Below are positions 58,292-64,000 of a stretch of 64,000 nt of DNA, in pieces. Every line of letters starts with the position of its first letter. Position 1 is the stretch's first letter. Origin of the DNA: Mantamonas sphyraenae STR306 (Eukaryota; Protista; CRuMs); contig JAPMXV010000008.1 of NCBI GenBank assembly GCA_026936335.1, positions 124,001-188,000 of the forward strand, given 5' to 3'. Below the pieces are notes generated by a model. It saw nothing but the letters and a program-made list of their open reading frames with translations. It had not been told where the DNA came from and made no database searches. The position numbers and the translations under genes are program-made.

Positions 58292-58364
58292 GATTGGAAA
58301 CCTTGGCCAACGGACTGGAATGAATGCTTGGTCGTGTGAGTGCGCAGCGGTCGCGCACGCAACC

Positions 58365-60920
58365 ATGTCCAGCAACCCACGGGAACGCACACAGGCTCAG
58401 GCTCTGAAAAGGTCAGAAGGAGGCTTGCCACGGTCGCAGTCCACCTCCTTCTCCATTCTCAAGTCTGCACTGGAGCCACAGTCGCCTCCGAAGAAGCAGG
58501 TGAGCACGGCGTCGTCGTCGTCGTCGTCCTCCTCCTCCTCCAGGACAACCGCTGTGCTTGGTTCTTCGGAAAACGAGTCCCCATTCAAACCCAATGCGTC
58601 GTACATCGACGTGGATCCCAAGCTGATGGCCCAGTCGCCGGTCAAGCCGCAGGTGGAGGCGCTCAAGTCAACGCCGAGCATGGCAAAGACAAGCAAAGAC
58701 TCGGCCACAGAAATGACCGAGCTGGTGCTACCCACACACGCCAATCCACGAGGCACCGTCTTTGCCGGCGTCGTCCTCTCCTGGATGGACGTGTGCGCGG
58801 GCTTGGTTTCCAAGCGACACGCGCAAACCACCACCGTCACCGTCTCCATGGACGACCTTACCTTTCTCAGCACGGCAGTGGTAGGTGTGACAAACGGGTG
58901 TGGGTGTGTGGGGGTGTGTGTCCTGCTCTTGTGGAGTGCCCCTTGCCGGATATTTGGCTCGCTGACACTGTGGCAACCACTCACCTTCCGACAGGTGGGC
59001 GAGATTTGCACCGTGCGCGGCCGCATGACACGTGCGTTCCGCACGAGCATGGAGATCATGGTGACCATGCATGCTATGAACCCATACACTGGCCAGGAGC
59101 GTCTGTGCTGCTCCGTTTACTTTGTGTTTGTGGCCATCAATCCGGACGGGGAGACGCAGAGGGTGCCCGCGTTCACGCCCGTGTCCAGCACGGAACAGGA
59201 GTACCACGAGAGTGCACAGGTGCGTCGTTCTCTGCGTGTCAAAGAAGTGGGTGCCATTCGAAAGCAGCGCCAGCTGAAGCAGGCCCGTGGGGAGCTGCAC
59301 GGCAGCACCGACGACGTCGACGGCGCCACGCTCTCTGACGGCTGCGAAATGACAGAACTCGTGTTGCCCATCCACGCAAACACTCTGGGGGTCACGTTTG
59401 GAGGCCAGATCATGGCGTGGATGAGCACCTGTGCATACATGGCGGCCACCAAACATGCGCGTGCTCTCGTCGTCGCCCGGACCGTGGACAGTGTCCACTT
59501 TCTCAAGCCCACCTATGTTGGCGAAGCCATTTCGGTCAAGGCACACGTCAACAGGACGTTTGAACACGTACTGGAGGTGGGAGTGCGCGTCGAAGCAGAA
59601 AACCTGTTTTCCGGCGACCGCCGATACTGCAATCGTGCCTACTTCACCTTTTCTGCCTTTGACGAACACGACCGACCGCTGTCGGTGGCACCTGTGGAGA
59701 CGCTGACGTCCGCGGAGGAGCTGTGGTATGAAAACGCGGCGACGCGGCGGCACATCCGCATGGACAAGCGGGCACTGGCCAACAAGAGCATCTTTTACCA
59801 GAGCAAAGAATCGCTGCTGGAGGCATACGCATGGCGGCAGAGCATGGTGGAGGTGGCGTGCAAGGAGGAGGAGGAGCGTGAAGGCAGGCAGGTGGACATC
59901 TGGGTGCGGGCAGACGAATTGTACGTCAAGTGCCATCTGAGCATCCGAGGCTTGCAGGCAGACACGGCAGCCGAGTATGTGAAGGATGCGTCCAACAGGC
60001 GCTTCTGGGACACAAGTCTGCAGCACTGCGAAGAGGTGGAGCGCATCGACAGGGACATTGCCGTGTACCACCTTGTTTTCACGCAGAGTGTGGATCAGGC
60101 AGACAGTGAGGCAAACGAGGATGCCGCAGATGGCGAGGAGGCCGAGGCGCGGCTGTTTGACGCCTGCCAGCTGCGCACGGTACACAACGTCGAACTGCGC
60201 CACTATTTATTCTACGACGAGGAGGGGAACGTGAAGCGACGCGAATTGCCATCGGGAAGCACCCCATCGTCGCGTCGTGGGTCGATGTACGCATCGCTCA
60301 CAGCCGTGGAGGAGGACGATTTCGAGCTGGAGGCGCCTGCGGAAGAAAAACGGGCGTCTCAAGCGGGACTGGTGACGTCACCCAAGGCTATCAATGCCAT
60401 GGGTGTGTTCCAGAAGGGTTTGGAGGCGGCAGCGGCGGCAGAAGAGCAGGGAGAAGATTCTGACGAGAGCGAGCCGGAGGTTGTGAACGATGTGGAGGAG
60501 GAGGAGGAGGAGGAGGAGGAGACCGATGGCGAGGGAACCATGGGTACAGAGCGACCGGTGGCATACATTGTGTCGTCTCAGTCGCTGGTGCATCCGTCAT
60601 ACCCGCCGGTGGCGGAGTACACGCGCATCAGCTCGCAACCAAGCGGGTTTGTGGTGGAGCCGATCTATGATAGGGGACAAAAGCATGTGTTGGGCACGCG
60701 AGTGACATGGGTGTCACAGATGGACAGCAAGGAGCGGTCGTCCAGCAGCTTTGACTTGCTGGGCAGCGCCGATTCGTGGGTGCACAGCACGGCGTCGTAC
60801 AGCGCAGATCCGTTGGCCGATTCCATGGCTGGGCTGCGACAGGTGATTTCAAAGCTGAGGGACAATCTGAGTGAGCTTGTGGAGGGGGAGGAGGTGGAGA
60901 GCAGCCCGGAGCTGAGATGA
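58365..60920 (+). CDS. Acyl-CoA thioesterase with two hotdog domains and a START-like domain (ACOT11/12-like; intron ~58881-58994)
   Basis: MTELVLPTHANPRGTVFAG..LSWMD; MTELVLPIHANTLGVTFGGQIMAWM. C-terminal RRFWDTSLQHCEEVERID..IAVYH, SSQSLVHPSYPP...YTR and SGFVVEP. Confidence 0.85.
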   Translation: MSSNPRERTQAQALKRSEGGLPRSQSTSFSILKSALEPQSPPKKQVSTASSSSSSSSSSRTTAVLGSSENESPFKPNASYIDVDPKLMAQSPVKPQVEALKSTPSMAKTSKDSATEMTELVLPTHANPRGTVFAGVVLSWMDVCAGLVSKRHAQTTTVTVSMDDLTFLSTAVVGVTNGCGCVGVCVLLLWSAPCRIFGSLTLWQPLTFRQVGEICTVRGRMTRAFRTSMEIMVTMHAMNPYTGQERLCCSVYFVFVAINPDGETQRVPAFTPVSSTEQEYHESAQVRRSLRVKEVGAIRKQRQLKQARGELHGSTDDVDGATLSDGCEMTELVLPIHANTLGVTFGGQIMAWMSTCAYMAATKHARALVVARTVDSVHFLKPTYVGEAISVKAHVNRTFEHVLEVGVRVEAENLFSGDRRYCNRAYFTFSAFDEHDRPLSVAPVETLTSAEELWYENAATRRHIRMDKRALANKSIFYQSKESLLEAYAWRQSMVEVACKEEEEREGRQVDIWVRADELYVKCHLSIRGLQADTAAEYVKDASNRRFWDTSLQHCEEVERIDRDIAVYHLVFTQSVDQADSEANEDAADGEEAEARLFDACQLRTVHNVELRHYLFYDEEGNVKRRELPSGSTPSSRRGSMYASLTAVEEDDFELEAPAEEKRASQAGLVTSPKAINAMGVFQKGLEAAAAAEEQGEDSDESEPEVVNDVEEEEEEEEETDGEGTMGTERPVAYIVSSQSLVHPSYPPVAEYTRISSQPSGFVVEPIYDRGQKHVLGTRVTWVSQMDSKERSSSSFDLLGSADSWVHSTASYSADPLADSMAGLRQVISKLRDNLSELVEGEEVESSPELR

Positions 60921-60962
60921 AAACCTGTCGTGGGACCCGCGACCACAACAAACCAATTCAGC

Positions 60963-62270
60963 ATGTCATCCGAAGAGATTGACTTTGAGAACCTGGCACC
61001 CACGCTGGAGAACATCATTGAGCAGGAATCGCTCAAGTGGATCTTCTTGGGTGGCAAGGGAGGAGTGGGCAAAACCACCTGCTCGTGCTCTCTGGCGTTG
61101 CAGCTGGCCAAGGTGCGCGAGACAGTGTTGCTGGTGAGCACAGACCCGGCGCACAACCTTTCCGACGCGTTTGGTCAACAGTTTAGCAGCGAGCCGACAC
61201 TGGTGGAGGGCACAAGCAACCTTTTCGCGCTGGTAAGTGGAAGGGCCTACCACGTCGGGAGGGCTGGGAGAACGATGTGTGCACAAGAGCTGACCGCGCG
61301 TCGGGGCCAACGGGCAATCGCAGGAGGTGGATCCATCGTCGAACCTGAATGATGTCGAGTTCCGCAAGGAGGGGATGGGCGGCGTCATTGGCGACTTGGT
61401 GTCGTCGATGCCAGGCATTGACGAGACCATGTCCTTTGTGGAGATGATGCGGTGAGTTGGCATGGTGCTGGGAAGGGTGTGGGAACGCGTGTGAGATGCA
61501 TGGTGGCCTATGCACGGAATGGGCGACGGCGTGCGGACGTGGCAGAATTGCGCAAGGCCAACGCTCTCACGGAAGGGCGGAAAGAGGCACGGGACACAGA
61601 CTGACACCAAGGGACACTGTGGACACACAGGTTTGTGGAGGAAATGGAGTACTCTGTGATTGTGTTTGACACAGCACCCACAGGACACACGTTGAGGCTG
61701 CTTTCGTTCCCAAACACCATGGAGAACAGCCTGAACAAAGCGATGGACGTCAAGTCGATGTTTTCGGGCATTTTTGCCCAGTTTTCCAACATGTTGATGG
61801 CCGACGGGGACTCGCAAGAGTCGATGGCAGGCAAGCTGGACATGACCAAGCAGATGATCGAGCGGGTGGGCATGCAGTTCAAGAACGCGGATTTGACGAC
61901 CTTTGTGTGTGTGTGCATCCCAGAGTTTCTGTCGCTGTATGAAACGGAGCGACTGATCCAGGAACTGTTCAAGTATGGCATCGACACACACAATATCGTG
62001 GTGAACCAGGTTGTGCCGAACGAGCGAGGCAGCGAGTGCACCACATGCCGGGCACGCGTGCGCATCCAAAGCAAGTACATCGGCGACATCGAGGAGCTGT
62101 ACGAGGACTTTCACGTCGTGCAGCTGCCTCTGTTGCCGTATGAGGTGCGGGGCGTAGAGGCCATCGGTGCGTTCTCCGGCCGGCTGCTGGGCCAGGTGGA
62201 CGCTGAAAAGGACCGATTGTTGGCCAAAAAGGGGGAGGAGGAAGATTCGTCAAGTCAGGGTGTGGAGTGA
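60963..62270 (+). CDS. ASNA1: GET3/ASNA1 ATPase (introns ~61233-61323 and ~61452-61630)
   Basis: [69 protein letters not shown] and CxxC. Confidence 0.96.
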
Positions 62271-62353
62271 TGGGGTGCGAGAGATGAGGGAAGATGGGTC
62301 ATCGCGCGCCTGGAGAAACAACAAAACCACCCGCAAACAGGCGTTCCCATCGC

Positions 62354-64000
62354 ATGTCGGCCACAAAACGAAAGGGCACACGTAAAGTGCAAACGGGCTC
62401 GCATGGGCATGGGGCAACGACGTCGTCGACGTCGACATCGTTGTCGTCGTCGACTGCTGGCGGAACGATGACACGATCGAGTTCACACGGCGGCAGTGGA
62501 CCCGGACAAGGTGCCATGTTGCCCGAGTTTGTGGAAGCAGACGTGACCAAGATGTTTGGCAACAGCAAGAATGTGTACGAAGATGCAAACGCGGTGTGGC
62601 CGGAGGGGCTGGCAGATGCAACGGCAAGGCAAGTGAGAGCCAACGTACTGCTGCAGGAGTGGCAAAGTGCGTTTGCCACGCGACTTCACGAGTGGATTGG
62701 CGAGTGGGAAGCGGAGTACGGTGAGGCGCTGGAGGCGTGGCAGGAGAACTCGGGCATGCCAGGCCCGCCGGTGGAGTTGCCTGCGGATTTGGTCGACGGC
62801 CCCTACGTGGTGGACGCAAGCACAGTGGACGCAGGCACGCCGTGTGTGGTGTCGCCCTGGAGTGGCAGTGGAGCGGAAGGGGCGCTGGCGCTGGTGGATC
62901 AGGCGCGAGCAAAGAGCGTGGCGTCGAGCACGCGCAGGCTGCGACCCGGTTCGGCGGCAAGCAACACTCTTACGCCTTTGGGCGGCACTGGCACGGGCAA
63001 GAAAGGCCGAGGCCGCGAGCAGAACACATCCATGTACGCATCGCTGATGAACGGATCCCCTGCAGAGATGTATGTGGCGCAGATGCTTCAGGTGCAGAGT
63101 GCAGGTGCGTTTCGGGAGGACGATGCGACGTTCCTTCGTCTCAACGGGCGCCGTGGACACCTAGCCACAGGCATGGACAGCACAGGAACAGGCGCAAACG
63201 AAGATGCAGTGACAGAAAAAGAGGGGGATGTGGCGGAGGAGGACGACAAAGGGGCACAAGGGCAGCAGGAGGGCGACAAAGACGCAACGGTCACTGGCAA
63301 AGACGATGCGTCGACGACAACGACGGCGAAAACCACGCTGCGCGCACTGCTGAGTGCGCTGGAACACGTACAAAACACAGGACTGGGACTTGCACAGGGC
63401 CACTACCTGTGGGAGAACATCTATCCACAGGATAAGGAGACAGGAGTGCCTACGTACAACGCTCAGGGCAAGTATGCGGTGCGGTTGTTTGCGCACGGAG
63501 CGTGGCGCTACGTGCTGGTGGACGACCGGGTGCCTGTTGACGTGGACGGCGTGCCTTTGGTCGTGTTCTCACGCGAGGTGACCGAACTGTGGCCGATTCT
63601 GCTGAGCAAGGCGTTGTTGAAGATGGTGGGCGGCGCGGTGTCGAGTGCGGAGCAGCACGTGCTGGTGCACATGCTCACGGGATGGAGCCCCAGAGTGGAC
63701 ACAGTGTCGTTTGCCAACAGCTGGGCCATGCTGGGTGGCGTGTTTGGCCAGGCAGAGGGCAAGCGGCTGGTTGAAGGAGGTGAGCTACGCACGTGCATCG
63801 ACGCTGTGCAGCAGGCACGCCTTCACGTCATCCAGGAACAAATGGACCGCACTGTGTCGAGCATGTCGGAGCATGTGGGCACGACGACGACGGCAGGAGG
63901 TGCGTCGTCGTCGGGAGCAGCGGCGGCGCGCAGCAAGTCGCGTGCCAAGTCGCGAGCGAGCAGCCGTGTGTCCACACTCAGCACGGCAAACGTGCTGAAC
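62354..64000 (+). CDS. Androglobin-like calpain-domain protein, N-terminal part (runs off the window, so absent from the ORF track)
   Basis: Frame from ATG 62354: MSATKRKG...LPEFVEADV...LWENIYPQDKETGVPTYNAQGKYAVRLFAHGAWRYVLVDDRVP...ELWPILLSKALLKM...VHMLTGWSP. Confidence 0.78.
   Translation, partial: MSATKRKGTRKVQTGSHGHGATTSSTSTSLSSSTAGGTMTRSSSHGGSGPGQGAMLPEFVEADVTKMFGNSKNVYEDANAVWPEGLADATARQVRANVLLQEWQSAFATRLHEWIGEWEAEYGEALEAWQENSGMPGPPVELPADLVDGPYVVDASTVDAGTPCVVSPWSGSGAEGALALVDQARAKSVASSTRRLRPGSAASNTLTPLGGTGTGKKGRGREQNTSMYASLMNGSPAEMYVAQMLQVQSAGAFREDDATFLRLNGRRGHLATGMDSTGTGANEDAVTEKEGDVAEEDDKGAQGQQEGDKDATVTGKDDASTTTTAKTTLRALLSALEHVQNTGLGLAQGHYLWENIYPQDKETGVPTYNAQGKYAVRLFAHGAWRYVLVDDRVPVDVDGVPLVVFSREVTELWPILLSKALLKMVGGAVSSAEQHVLVHMLTGWSPRVDTVSFANSWAMLGGVFGQAEGKRLVEGGELRTCIDAVQQARLHVIQEQMDRTVSSMSEHVGTTTTAGGASSSGAAAARSKSRAKSRASSRVSTLSTANVLN

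Noticed and set aside
1-64000. Alternative genetic code, tRNA/rRNA genes, telomeric repeats
   Set aside because: TAA, TAG and TGA all end conserved genes at expected positions. No cloverleaf, rRNA or TTAGGG array was recognised by eye. Poly-Ser/Glu (CAG/GAG) runs are ordinary coding microsatellites.

Overview
This is eukaryotic nuclear DNA from a very compact, GC-rich genome with short spliceosomal GT-AG introns (recurrent RCTGAC branch-point motif) and the standard genetic code. It probably comes from a free-living flagellated protist, since it encodes axonemal WDR63/DNAI3 and an androglobin-type calpain; the taxon cannot be fixed from the sequence. About 30 protein-coding genes are packed with intergenic gaps that are often only 6-160 bp. 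Housekeeping genes include SDF2, an RluA-type pseudouridine synthase, RBMX2, Rab32, an ACBP, two near-identical intron-containing RPS6 copies, an MFSD1-like transporter, VPS8, SNF5, GLRX5, KIN17, HINT, TMEM161, WDR63, INTS2, an HSD11B1-like SDR, an ACOT11/12-like thioesterase and GET3/ASNA1. The standout is a ~13.1 kb intronless gene (12723-25856) for a ~4,370 aa single-pass surface protein. It has ~24 bacterial-adhesin-type cadherin-like repeats that are unusually Met-rich, followed by EGF, REJ and GAIN/GPS modules with an intact H-L|T autoproteolysis site. Other unusual architectures are a C2-RRM-TM-SPFH fusion, a protein of four tandem lamin-tail domains, a UBLCP1-type UBL fused to UAS-UBX, and a CAP domain fused to KY/hillarin-like Ig domains. 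About eleven apparent frameshifts interrupt otherwise intact genes and are most likely consensus errors. No tRNA, rRNA, CRISPR array or transposon was recognised. All domain calls are by eye from motif recall, not from database searches.
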